NCBI GenBank assembly: GCA_030167865.1
Contig: JALAGF010006230.1
Location: 1 to 56,372 of the forward strand
Direction: 5' to 3'
Length of the DNA stretch: 56,372 bases
From: Craspedostauros australis
Lineage: Eukaryota
The notes beneath the pieces were generated by a model. The model was given only the letters and a program-made list of their open reading frames with translations, made no database searches and was not told the DNA's origin. The position numbers and the translations under genes were made by a program. Of this stretch, positions 39,544 to 54,154 are shown in pieces; within the stretch, counting starts at the first letter, position 1, and the number at the start of each line of letters is the position of its first letter.

Positions 39544-40494
39544 ATGGAATGGTTCGCATGGTGGGCAGGGCAGAACGGAAACAGAATGAGATGCGTGAAA
39601 GGAAGAGGCGAGCGCAGCAGTCTTTCGCGGAGATCTCCTCCTGCCACAGGCGCTATAACTGTACGACACCATTATCACGTCCAAATAAGCTAGAAGAACA
39701 GACGAATTGATGTGGGTTCAAGTTAGAATTGAGCATGTGGCAATGCTACGAGCAGCAGAGCACAGGATACCGACAGCAAGACCAAGCATCGGAATAGTTC
39801 CACAAAGGGCCAGACAAGCAATGATGTGACGGTGCTGTTTGCGTTAACGTGCTGGCTATCGTTCCCTCTCTTCATCATGTCGATGATGTATGTAGCCCGC
39901 CCGTTCGCCTTCTCTTCGTTTGAGTCATTCACATTATCCACTGACTGATTTGCTTTTAAAGTAGAATATATGGTACTCTAACTATCTTCTCTTTCTCTTT
40001 TTTTCTCTCTCTCTTTGGCACAAGCACCATCGTTGTCGTGGTGACTGTGATTGTTTGCACTGTTGATCGGACGTATAGTTGTTGGTTTGTTGATTGGTTG
40101 TTTGATTGCTTTGTTGATTGTTTGTGTGTTTGCTTCGTTGTTTGATTGATTGCTTGGTTGGTTGGTATGTTGGTTCATGTTGAACGTTGCTGATGCTCTT
40201 TTGTTTGTTGGGTGGGTTGTGTGATTTCATTCCTGGCTGTGTCTTGGTGGAAGGCTACTGACCTGTTGCGGTGCATTCACGTGCGGTGGCCGGTGATGGT
40301 GCGTGGTTCTCATCTCCTGCGTATCCCTTGCAGTCGATCGTCACCGGCATTTATGCCATACTCGCAGTGTGCGGTATGGTAGAGTTGGCAGTAATATGGC
40401 ATGTACTTCTGGTGGCCCACAGCTGACACCCCATTGATAACGATGAAGACGTTGAGCAACAGCGGCCTCCTTTCTGCCTCGCTTCCCATTCGGT

Positions 40495-42562
40495 CTACGA
40501 TCTTCTCGAATGGTTTGACATCCATGAGAGTTTCTGCAGACTGTTGACCCAATCGACAGCGATCATGGCGGATCGGAGCTTCATGCGGGCGTTGAATGTC
40601 TTTAATCGCTGCGAGGTGCGGCCCAAGGAATTTCGCTGTAGCTGGTCGTTGGACATGCGCAACCACCGATGTCGGAGGGCGTCGTTGGCCGTCATCCGCT
40701 GGTCGGGGTCCAGGACGAGGAGGTTCCTGACCAGGTCCTTGGCGTCGTCGGAAACATCACACCAGTCCTCGTCGTCGAACTCGTACTTGCCTGACACAAT
40801 CTTCCGAAACAGGTCCCTTTGCCGTCCCGCCATGAAGGGCAGGCTGCCGCTGAGTAACAGGTAGACGATGCAACCAACGGACCACATGTCGGACTGCTGA
40901 TCGTAGGGTTGACGCATGAGGATTTCCGGCGACACAAAGAATGGCGTTCCGCACTGCTTGGTCAATGACTTGGAGTCATGACAGCGTGCTGCGAAACCGA
41001 AATCAGCCAGTTTGATGTAGGAGTCGTTGTCCTCGCTCATGAGGAGGAGGTTTTTTGGTTTCATGTCGCAGTGAGCAATTTTCTTGGCGTGGCAGTAGGA
41101 CATCGCCTTGAGCATTTTGACGACGAGGTCGCGGGCATCGGCTTCGGAGTATGATTTCTTCTTTCCGATTCTGTCGAAGAGGTCGCCGCCAGACATGAGT
41201 TCCATGACGAGGAAGTAGCAATCCTTTTCTTCGAAGAAATCAATGAGAGGGACGATGTGCGGGTGGGAGAGGGATGCGAGGATGGCGACTTCGTCGTAGA
41301 TGGCAGCATCATCCGTCGGTGGTAGGTCCTTGCGGAGGACGCACTTGATGGCGACCTTCTTGCCGGATGCACGGTGGGTGCCACGGCACACGGTGGCGAA
41401 CGAACCTGATTTCAACTGTAGTTGCGAGTGCATGTGTGTGGTGTGTGTGCATGTACGTGTACGTGTACGTATATGTATATGTGTAGGGATAGGTTGCCAT
41501 GCCATGCCATGCCATGCCATGCCATGAAAGTGCGATGAACAATGGTAGAAGAAGAGACAAGGAACAACCCGATGAAGAGGAGAGGAGCGTGAGGCACAAG
41601 ATTCATTGTACGCACACAGTGGCATGTTGCATCAAGGCATAATGAAGAAGAGAAGAGAATGCAGTTTCCGTCACAGAGTCATCCGACTCTGCTGTTCTGT
41701 GCTCGACTTGAACCAATGTCCGCATCGATGCGCCACGCTGTACCACAATACACTACGCCGCATCACGTGTGTATCACGCCACATGTGCATATGATTTCCT
41801 AGATCGCATCAGGTCCCATTGCGCTGCGCTGCGGCAAACCAGAGCACAAACATGGGATGCGATGCAACAAAGCAGAGCCACCTTCGTGTGTGACAACATC
41901 GACATCGACGCTGACGACAACGTTGCTGTTCTTACCCTTGCGTTGAGCTGATAGACTTCTCGGAAGGCACGTCCCTTGCATCCTTCCGGGAAATCCGGGA
42001 ACTCGCACTTGACCACGGCCTTTCTGACCTGCAAGGCGGCCATGTCGAAGGTGGCCTTGGCCTCGCGGAAGCCCGGCAACGAGGTGGATCCCACAGCCGA
42101 AGGGTCCGTCGTGACGAGGTTGGTGTCCACGACGTAGGTGTGAGAGTTGGAGCCGCCGCCTCCGGTCTTTCTGGCCAGGCACATGACCTCGATCTGGTAG
42201 GAGGCGACGCCTAGGTTGGGGTGGAAGCCCATCTCCCAGCGGCAACCGCGAGCCTGGAACTGCAGGTCCACGAGATCGGCATTCTTCTTGCCGACGACGT
42301 TCTCCAGGAACTCCGTGATGGAATCGGTGATGAAGCTGAGCTCCTCGTTCTCGTCCTCCAGCGTGCGGATGTCCTCCTTGAGGAAGACGGATCCCGTCTG
42401 GTAGGATCTGGTGAGAGCAGCACCGGGCGATCCGTTGGCTCTGGATGGCACCGAATTGGAGTGCTTGTCGTTGAGCAGAGAGGGGCATAGACCGTCGCGT
42501 CGCTTGGCGATCTGCGGTGTCATGTAAATCTGGGACTCCGAAGGAGCGTTTGGGAGGGGCAT
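40495..42562 (-). CDS. Ca2+/calmodulin-dependent-like Ser/Thr kinase; exons 42562-41936, 41415-40495
   Basis: KSGSFATV, VAIK, HCDMKPKN, DFG, CGTPFFVSPE, DMWSVG; LKTFNARMKL CaMK-type regulatory helix; GT-AG intron 41935-41416. Confidence 0.92.
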
Positions 42563-44082
42563 GGTGTTGTGTTGTATTGTGTTGTATTGTATTGCACTGA
42601 GCTGAGGTGCGGTTGTTTGGGTCCGTTTGGGTCTTTTTGGAGTTCGTCTCTTTGCCGGTGGCAGGTGGGCGTCTTCGCTCCCGATGCCGACGCTGAGGTT
42701 ATGGACGGTTTGTTGCTCTGAGGGGAAATCTGGTGCCTCCTTTCTTGCTGGTCACGCTGTATCTTTCGCGGCCGTCAATCAGTCACTCCACTGCGCTCTT
42801 CAGGTGTGGCACTGGCTACGGGCAGAGTCCTCTGTCCTTTCTTGCCGTTGAGCTGCGGTGAGTGCACTTTGACAATGGATGCGCTGAATGCGCTGAATGC
42901 GATGGAAGGCAGCGGAGCAGAATGGAATGGGCGAAGGCGCCTTTCGGTTTCGGTTTGATGGGCTTGATGCGAATTGAGCTCTCTTCAAGTCTGGGGCTGC
43001 GTTGTTGGCTTCGCGGGTCTTGGAAGTATACCACTGTGTGCTTCCAGTCCACCTCCGCGTGTGCACTTGCTTGATTGCTTGTCTCGTTGCTTCTCTCGTT
43101 GCTTGCCTTTGGATCCGGTTGCTGCGACTGCCGCAAGAGTGGTGCCACTGTTATCGTTGGTGCTTGTTGTGCTGGTATGTATGTATAATCGGTCGTAGTC
43201 GTATTGGTAACCGTAATCACCGCAGTTGTTGATGCGGTTGCTCGCGCTGAGATTCTTGTCGCTGATCCTCGTTGGTCGCTCCGTCTCACGTTGCCGCTGT
43301 TGGTGCTCCTTGTTCTTGGCAACTCGTGTCACATGCCACCTGCGACAACACGCAAACGCAACCCGCCGACCACCTTCTTCGCCTTCCGCGGTGCCAAAAT
43401 CAGCCAACCAACACGAAAAAATCGAAAGACGCAGAAAGGCAGAGAGGGGCAAGATCCTCCCAACGCGAAACTGCGATGACCGCTGTGACCCATCGTGTGA
43501 CACCGAGGAATGACTCCTTTCTGATTTTAACGCTTTATAACGTCAATACGACTGTCCGTCTGTCACATCATATCCAGGTATCTTGTTGGATTCGTCCGAT
43601 CTGCAACACCAATCCAGACGTGGCTTTCTCGTTTCCGAGACGTGTTTTTGGTTGTGTCCACGATTGAGACAACGAGTGTGGGCGCAAGTTTCGGAATGAC
43701 GCGATTTGTTGGGGGGAAGAAATGTGAACAACACAACAACCAGCGGAACAACGCGAGAGGAGAGGAGCTCAGAATTCGACAAACCAACGAGCCAACAAAC
43801 CAAGAGCACAACAACATCAAAAGCAAGCATGCTGTGGAGGTGTGAGGGAATGAATGAAGTTCATGCATTCATCCACTGTCTGCGTTGTATTACACGACTT
43901 GCGTGTGATTCCCCGCTGCGATCCGCCGTTGCGGAATTTCCCACCATCCCAATAGTTATCGTTCTCTCCTCATCTCTTTCTTCTCTCACAAAAACAGAGT
44001 TGACACAACAATTCAATCAACAACAACCACAAAAAGAAACAACCACAAAAAATCTACCAACAACAACAACAAGACGACAAAC

Positions 44083-46275
44083 ATGTTCATGTCCAACGGA
44101 AACATCCAATCCGCCCAATTCATGGGCCTCATCAACGCCATGCGCACTGGAGATCCCACGGTGGACATGATTGGCGCCATGGTGATTCCATTCGTGCTGC
44201 AAAAGGCCATGCACGAGCTGCCTGCGGGTCTCAGGGCTCTGCTGCGCCGCAAGCAGAAGGTGGCGAAGAAGATGTGCACGCGCACAGTCTCCTACCGCAC
44301 CACCAACAACAACTGCGGTGTCAAGATGGACTACGATGACGGTTCCTTCAACATGTACCTCATCCGCGCCATGAAGATGTACCTCCACAAGAGATGCAAG
44401 CTCAACCTCGACGAGGCTGCCGTGGATCTCGTCATGCTGGATCACAACGCCACCAACGGCAACAACCAAGGTGGGCGCACCCGCGCACGTCGCAATGGCC
44501 AAGGCATGTGTTCCACGTTTGAGATGCTGCAGGACACCAGCATGGTGGAACGTCCGCTTGCCAACGAGTGGCATGCAGTGGGAACCTTCGAAGGTTCCGA
44601 AGTCGAGATGCTCATGTCCGACAGCGTCGAGAACCCCAACGGCGGAGGCGGCGAGAACGACGGTGGTGATGGCAACAGCAACGGCAACGGTGGTCGCAAG
44701 GGAGGCAAGGGAGGTGGTGAGCAGCCATCCATCCGCACCATGGACATCACGCTGCGCTCGGAAGGCGGCGTCAAGCCCATCGACAAGTTCATCAAGGACT
44801 CGTACAGCTGGTACATGGATGAGCTCAAGAAGCTCGACTGCAGCGACAGGTACATGTTCGACGTCAACTACGGCGCTGCAGGCAGCGGCGGATACCGCAA
44901 CGGTTCCACGCCCAACTACTCCGCCTACAAGCTCAGCGACGAGAAGACGTTCGATTCCCTCTTCAGCCGCCAGTGCCACGACCTAATCAAGACCGTCGAT
45001 CAATTCCAAACCCGCACCGGCAAGTACGGCATCCGCGGCTTCCCGCACAAGCTCGGATTGCTGCTGTCGGGTCCCCCAGGCACCGGCAAGACGTCCCTCA
45101 TCAAGGCCATGGCCAACCACACTGGGCGCCACATCGTCAACGTCAACCTCGCCAAGATCCAAACCAACGAAGAGCTCATGCTCCTCTTCTTCAACAAGAA
45201 CTACTTCATCAGCGGTTCCAACCCGCAGAACCTCAGGCTGGATTACTCCGACGTCATCTTCGTGCTCGAGGATGTCGACTCCGCCTCCCACGTCGTCATG
45301 GACCGCAACCTCAAGAAGAAGATGCTCGAGAAGCAAAAGAAGAAGAACAAGAGCAAGGACAAGAAGTTCAAGAAGATGTTGCGACAGAGCGGGGCTGGCA
45401 GACGCGGCAAGACCATGCGCACGCGTCAAGGACGCTTCCGCGATGATCGCATGCACCACGCTGAGGAGGGCGAGGATTCTGATTCCGAATCTGACTCTGA
45501 AGACGAGTACCCCGACGTCTTCGGAAACCGCAAGTCCAACTCCTACTTCGCATCCAGCGACGAGCTCAACCTCTCCGGCATCCTCAACGTCCTTGACGGC
45601 GTCGTCGACACACCCAACCGCATGGTCATCATGACCACCAATCATCCAGAGATGCTCGATGCCGCCTTGATCCGTCCAGGACGCATCGACAAGCAGCTCG
45701 TTCTCGGCCACATGATCCAGCAGGACATCGTGGACATGGTGCAGCACTACTTCCAATCCAAGATGGACACCAAGCAGAAGCAGGAAGTCGGACGTCTCAT
45801 CAAGGAACACGATCTCAAGATCACGCCTGCACAGATCGAGCAGATGGCGGTGGATGTCAGCACCATCAATGACTTCCTCACCTGCTTGGAACAGTTTGCC
45901 GTGAAGGGTGGCCAGGACAACGGTGCTGCCATGATCTGCACGTCCGATGATGTCGTGGATGGATCCGACAGCGAGGAGGAAGAGGAAGAGCAAGAGCAAG
46001 AAGAGGAAAAGAAAGAAGGTGATAAGAAGGGAGAAGGTGAAACAGAGAAGGCGGAGAAGCGAGAAGCAACGAAGTCGCCAAAGGCAGGCGACAATGATTC
46101 CGCCAAGACTGTCACGTCTTGCTCCAGCATGAGCAGCGGAGAAGACGAAGAAGATCCAGCAACAGCAACAGCAACAGCAACAACAAAAACAACAACAAAA
46201 GAGGCAGCGAAGGATGTCATCGTCCTCCTCGATGATGATGTCGTTGATGGTGGCAAGAAGATGATCACCCAATGA
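44083..46275 (+). CDS. BCS1-like AAA+ ATPase
   Basis: GLLLSGPPGTGKTS (Walker A), FVLEDVD (Walker B), LSGILNVLDG, TTNHPEMLDAALIRPGRID; acidic C-terminal tail. Confidence 0.9.
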   Translation: MFMSNGNIQSAQFMGLINAMRTGDPTVDMIGAMVIPFVLQKAMHELPAGLRALLRRKQKVAKKMCTRTVSYRTTNNNCGVKMDYDDGSFNMYLIRAMKMYLHKRCKLNLDEAAVDLVMLDHNATNGNNQGGRTRARRNGQGMCSTFEMLQDTSMVERPLANEWHAVGTFEGSEVEMLMSDSVENPNGGGGENDGGDGNSNGNGGRKGGKGGGEQPSIRTMDITLRSEGGVKPIDKFIKDSYSWYMDELKKLDCSDRYMFDVNYGAAGSGGYRNGSTPNYSAYKLSDEKTFDSLFSRQCHDLIKTVDQFQTRTGKYGIRGFPHKLGLLLSGPPGTGKTSLIKAMANHTGRHIVNVNLAKIQTNEELMLLFFNKNYFISGSNPQNLRLDYSDVIFVLEDVDSASHVVMDRNLKKKMLEKQKKKNKSKDKKFKKMLRQSGAGRRGKTMRTRQGRFRDDRMHHAEEGEDSDSESDSEDEYPDVFGNRKSNSYFASSDELNLSGILNVLDGVVDTPNRMVIMTTNHPEMLDAALIRPGRIDKQLVLGHMIQQDIVDMVQHYFQSKMDTKQKQEVGRLIKEHDLKITPAQIEQMAVDVSTINDFLTCLEQFAVKGGQDNGAAMICTSDDVVDGSDSEEEEEEQEQEEEKKEGDKKGEGETEKAEKREATKSPKAGDNDSAKTVTSCSSMSSGEDEEDPATATATATTKTTTKEAAKDVIVLLDDDVVDGGKKMITQ

Positions 46276-46579
46276 ACATCTGCGTATGGTGCGGAACGCA
46301 ACGACATGCGAAGCATCGCAAAGGCCAACGCAACCAACTTGAATCATCGGCAATCATGCCTGCGATAGTAATGCACATGCATAGATATCACAAAAGTTAA
46401 AAACACACATATCATAGTATGGTGCGAGTGCGAGTGCATGAGTGGCCGTGCTCCAATTTTGCAAATGACTGTACGCGGAATCAACTGTTCCAGCCACGGA
46501 TGTCTCGACCAGCCCACACTAACTAGCACGTATGATATCGTTGGTGCATTGTCTCTCTAGACTGTTACGACTATGCTGT

Positions 46580-49900
<3,321 letters not shown>

Positions 49901-51292
49901 TTTGTTCGGTAGTGATGTATGTGTTGCGTTGCGATGCGATGCGATGATTTGGTGTGTGGTGCTGTCCCTGTATTCCTTCGTAATGACAATGGAATGGAAT
50001 GCGATCGAATGTGATGCAATGTAAATGGAGATTGCAGGATCAGATTGATCTCAAGATTCAGACGATGATGTTGTGATGTTGTGGTGGATTGACGAGTTGA
50101 CGGAAAAGTGATGGCCGTGTCCAAGGGTATTCGAAGTGGAAGTCGCAGATACAGTTGCAGTCGTTGTTGTGATGAACCAATTGCTCAAGACCTCCTCTTC
50201 TCTCACTTCTTCGATGTTTGGTGTGGTGGCAGTCCAATGGCGGAGATGCTTTCGATGTTGCGTGTAACGACGACGTTGACGAGGACGATGTCGGTGATTG
50301 GCATCCAGGAAGTGGCGGATTGCCTCATCATCAATTGTCCTGTCATCTCATCCCATCCCATCATGGTCGTTGGTGTTGCTCGTGTCGTGTTCTTTGGTGG
50401 AGATGTTGTTGCTTTGTGGCGTTACAGGTGTCGAGCGTCTGCTTGTCAACCGCGCGGTGCACAACGAGAAAATCGCGTTGATGCGTGTTCAACCTCGCAC
50501 TTCAACAAAATACGTCACACGCCGCAACTTCCACCTGGCACCAAATTCACGAAGGCCACAAAGAAGTACAAGCGACTAAATAGGATAATCAAAAAAGTAT
50601 GTCCAGTCAAACAAGTCAAACACCACGCTTGGCAGAGAAACGGAGGCACAGTTCGTATGCTCAGTTCCATTGGTTTTGGAAGTGGTAGCACCGTGACGAT
50701 AGATAGAGCACTTCGTCTTACGATCTATAACACGAGTGTAATAGTACATTGATTCGTTCCGGGCTTCCTTCATGTGGCAGCAGTGTTTGTGTCAGGCGTC
50801 TCCTCCATGTGTACTATACGAGCATATTGATCTGTCTGTTGTATTGTATCAGAGCGAGTGTCTCGGACGGTAAACCTCCTCCTCAACGACGAACCTGTCG
50901 GCGCTCCACTCTATGGGTGTTTGCGGTGTGGTATCTTGAGCATTCCTCATTCTTTCATGCGTAGTCGTAGGGTATGAGTGACGTGCACGTTGGTTCGACA
51001 TCCAAGGAATGTGGCGCGAGAAGCAGAATGTTGTGTGAGGCTCAAACCAGGAAGATTCGAAGCATCGGTAGGGCCTGCCCAAGACGATCCTCCCCACTTA
51101 TCCCCAGTTCATCGCTTCCAACCGCAGTATAAGAATCAGGTCATATACAGGACCATGAACCAGATGAGCTCTTTTGCGGGGACAAGCACACAGGTAGGTT
51201 GCAGCTGTAGCGCTGATACAACGAATGTTCACCTGAAATCACACCATTGCAATAGAAATATATACTTTGGCTGTTTGCAAAAGAGCAACCAA

Positions 51293-51372
51293 GACATCGT
51301 GGCCGAGCGGTCTAAGGCGCAACGTTAAGGCCGTTGTCTTAATTGGCGTGGGTTCAAATCCCACCGATGTCA
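51293..51372 (+). tRNA. tRNA-Leu (anticodon AAG), identical second copy
   Basis: Same 80-nt sequence as 38235-38314, followed by TCCTTTT. Confidence 0.95.
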
Positions 51373-51851
51373 TCCTTTTGTCTCGCACATCAACGAACGT
51401 CTGTTTGTGCCTTGAGGCATTTTGCATCACACCCTTCGCCCATTCGCTCCATTACCGAAACAGACAGACTTTCCTGCCAGTACTCAGTCACCCCTGGTTC
51501 TGCAAACCGGTGCCCAAGTCCACATTGTTTGCATCCTCATGTGATGTGTCCCATGTCGATTCCACACATCCGCGAAGTCATTCTGCTCCTTTTGCTTCTG
51601 GGTGAAGCCGGCAATGGAGATGGAGGAGTGGCGACAACGTGGATGGCACAAATGGGCTGAATGATGAACCGTCAGCATTCCGAGCTCATACTCTTCTCAC
51701 CTCCAACACGATTGCAACCAGCCCAAGTAACAAGCAACAAGTGTCAAGCACACTCCTCTGATTATTGATACATTCACGTACTCGCATAATACTATTGTAT
51801 ATTCCATAATATTTGTATTAGTGCCATACATCGGTCCCAACGCTGTTCGCC

Positions 51852-53873
51852 ATGAAGAAGGCGGCCCACCCCAAGAAGGAGTCCCTTGCTTCCGACGCCA
51901 GCGGCGAGTTGGATCATCCCGACGATGGTTCGGAGTTGCTGCAAGACATCCAGGATGCTCGTGATAAAGCAGAGGCGATGCATCTTCGAACGCAGCAATT
52001 GGCACCACTGCCGCCATCTTCTGCAGCACTGGCCAAGGCACGATCGGAGGCAACGATGAACTGCTCTCATGCAGCTTCGCAGCGGCGTTCCCAAAAGGCG
52101 CAGCGCAGCTCCCAAGGTCGACGGGCACAATCGGCGATGAGCAAACAACGAACATCCGAAGGACGACAGTCGGATGCTTCCTCAGGAGCCATGCTCGCCT
52201 CATCGCTGCGCGAATACAAACTCATGCAATCCCACAAGTCAAACCAATCAACACCCGTTCCATGCGATGCAGAGGCATCACGTAGTTCTTCGAAGTCTCG
52301 AGAAAACGAGACCGTCAGGCATCGCGACGCCTCATCCGATTGTGAACAGCCTGCCCTCATCCGCGCTACGACGCAGCGACCTGCACCACGTCCTGGCGCC
52401 TTTCGACATGCAGGCATCGATCATTCTTCAAGCGAGAGCGATGTCGACGATGATGAGTTGCACTCGAGTCACGATCCACCGACGGCCTTGACGTCCGACC
52501 AGACTGAGTCGAACTTGACGAAAGCGCACTTGATCGATGACACGGAAACGATCTTCGAGGCGCGCGATGTTCAGTTGGATGATACGCGCAGAAAGAATGT
52601 GATCCTCTTCGTTAGCGGACTTGCGGTCATCGCCTTGATCATCGCGGTCACCTTGATCGTCATGTACGCCTTACCTGGAACGAACGGGTCCGATCGGGAT
52701 GACACCCAAGATCCTCGTTGCGTTGGGCCGGCAGAGGAACTCCCGATTCCGATCCTGTGCCTTTGTTATGAAAGCACGCAGGCGACTTGGGATGCGCTGG
52801 ATGAGGACCAACTTGAGATCTATGATGGTCTTCTGGAGCGACTCCAAAATGAGGACATCATCGATCCGGCGATCGTTCTCAATGCAACCGGATGCCAACC
52901 GGAGCATCAAGCCTTGTTGGGAACAACTATAGGGCTTTCCGTCCGCGAAACAACCGCCACGAGAGAATCCATCCCCTACGGTTCCGTCGGAAAATGGTAC
53001 GCTCTGTTGTACTTCTTCGTCGTGATGGGCGGTGTGGACTGGAAGGCGAATGAAGGGTGGTTTGTGGAAGGTAGGAATGTGTGTTCCTGGGACGGCATCA
53101 CATGCATCTTCCTCGACACCATACAGAAGCTGACCTTGCCCTCCAACGACTTGCGGGGCACGCTGCCGAGCATCATTCAGTACATGACCGATCTGCGACA
53201 GCTGGATCTCTCCGACAACAAAGACATCGCCGGTGCCATCCCAGCGGAGATTGGCAACATGACGGCCTTGGCCGCCCTCAGCTTTTCCGGCAATGGCCTC
53301 GCCGGACCGATTCCATCCGAGATCGGCCTGCTGACTCGCTTGGACACCCTAGCGCTGTCCTCCAACAATCTCAGCGGCAACATCCCATCGCAACTGTTTC
53401 AGATGGAGACCTTGGAAACGCTGCAACTATCGCGCAATCAGCTGACGGGGCTGATTCCCATCCCCGCGCACTCTACACCGCGCAACACCCGTCTCACGAC
53501 ATTGGAACTCAACCACAATCGATTGACTGGCTTCATCCCATCTTCAATAGCCCATCTGACGTCGTTGGAGATTTTTAACATTGCCGTGAATCAGCTGAAT
53601 CAAACCCCACCCACAAGCATGGAACTGCCAGTGCGATTGGAATTCGTCAATGTCTACCAGAGCGGGTTGCGGGCGTTGACAGTTGGGACTATGTGCGATC
53701 CCGAAGTACCACATCCGCCGCAGCGCGTGATCGCTGTGGACTGTCTACGCTATGGCAATTCGGATGATGACATCCGAGAACTTTGTCCGTGCTGCACGCT
53801 GAACGGCGACAATGAAACGGCGATGGTCCGCATCATTTGCGCAGAGGATCTGGCCGATTTTGGTGAAGTGTAG
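51852..53873 (+). CDS. Leucine-rich-repeat type II membrane protein
   Basis: Disordered N-terminus with PGAF motif, TM VILFVSGLAVIALIIAVTLIVMY, W...GW...CSWDGITC cap, LxLxxNxLxGxIP repeats, VDC...CPCC end. Confidence 0.88.
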   Translation: MKKAAHPKKESLASDASGELDHPDDGSELLQDIQDARDKAEAMHLRTQQLAPLPPSSAALAKARSEATMNCSHAASQRRSQKAQRSSQGRRAQSAMSKQRTSEGRQSDASSGAMLASSLREYKLMQSHKSNQSTPVPCDAEASRSSSKSRENETVRHRDASSDCEQPALIRATTQRPAPRPGAFRHAGIDHSSSESDVDDDELHSSHDPPTALTSDQTESNLTKAHLIDDTETIFEARDVQLDDTRRKNVILFVSGLAVIALIIAVTLIVMYALPGTNGSDRDDTQDPRCVGPAEELPIPILCLCYESTQATWDALDEDQLEIYDGLLERLQNEDIIDPAIVLNATGCQPEHQALLGTTIGLSVRETTATRESIPYGSVGKWYALLYFFVVMGGVDWKANEGWFVEGRNVCSWDGITCIFLDTIQKLTLPSNDLRGTLPSIIQYMTDLRQLDLSDNKDIAGAIPAEIGNMTALAALSFSGNGLAGPIPSEIGLLTRLDTLALSSNNLSGNIPSQLFQMETLETLQLSRNQLTGLIPIPAHSTPRNTRLTTLELNHNRLTGFIPSSIAHLTSLEIFNIAVNQLNQTPPTSMELPVRLEFVNVYQSGLRALTVGTMCDPEVPHPPQRVIAVDCLRYGNSDDDIRELCPCCTLNGDNETAMVRIICAEDLADFGEV

Positions 53874-54154
53874 AGCGGCGCACCATGCTGTGTGGTGCGA
53901 AGGCAGTAGCAAGATGTACAAGTACTAATTGTATCCTAATGTACCTACTCTACGTATGATAGTCTACAAGTTCATTATCCACCATGCAATGAACAATACG
54001 GCGAGAGCCGACATCATTGTGAAGTGAGCTTCCCTCTGTCGTTCCTGTTGTGGATGAAAGTTTGCCTCGCGAGCTGCATTTGCGGATGGTGGTGTCGAGG
54101 TTGTTGTTGTTATTAAACAATGAAGACACAAGGTGAGTGCATGCGACTACTCTG

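Noticed and set aside
41496..41526. (GCCAT)n and other microsatellites ((AG)n ~29808-29840, (TTG)n ~34838-34865 and ~36997-37015)
   Set aside because: Simple intronic or intergenic slippage repeats with no further structure.
50108..50752. 214-aa intergenic ORF (also 14387-15163, 17471-18154, 36937-37518)
   Set aside because: No recognisable motifs or codon bias; they overlap promoter/UTR-like low-complexity sequence.
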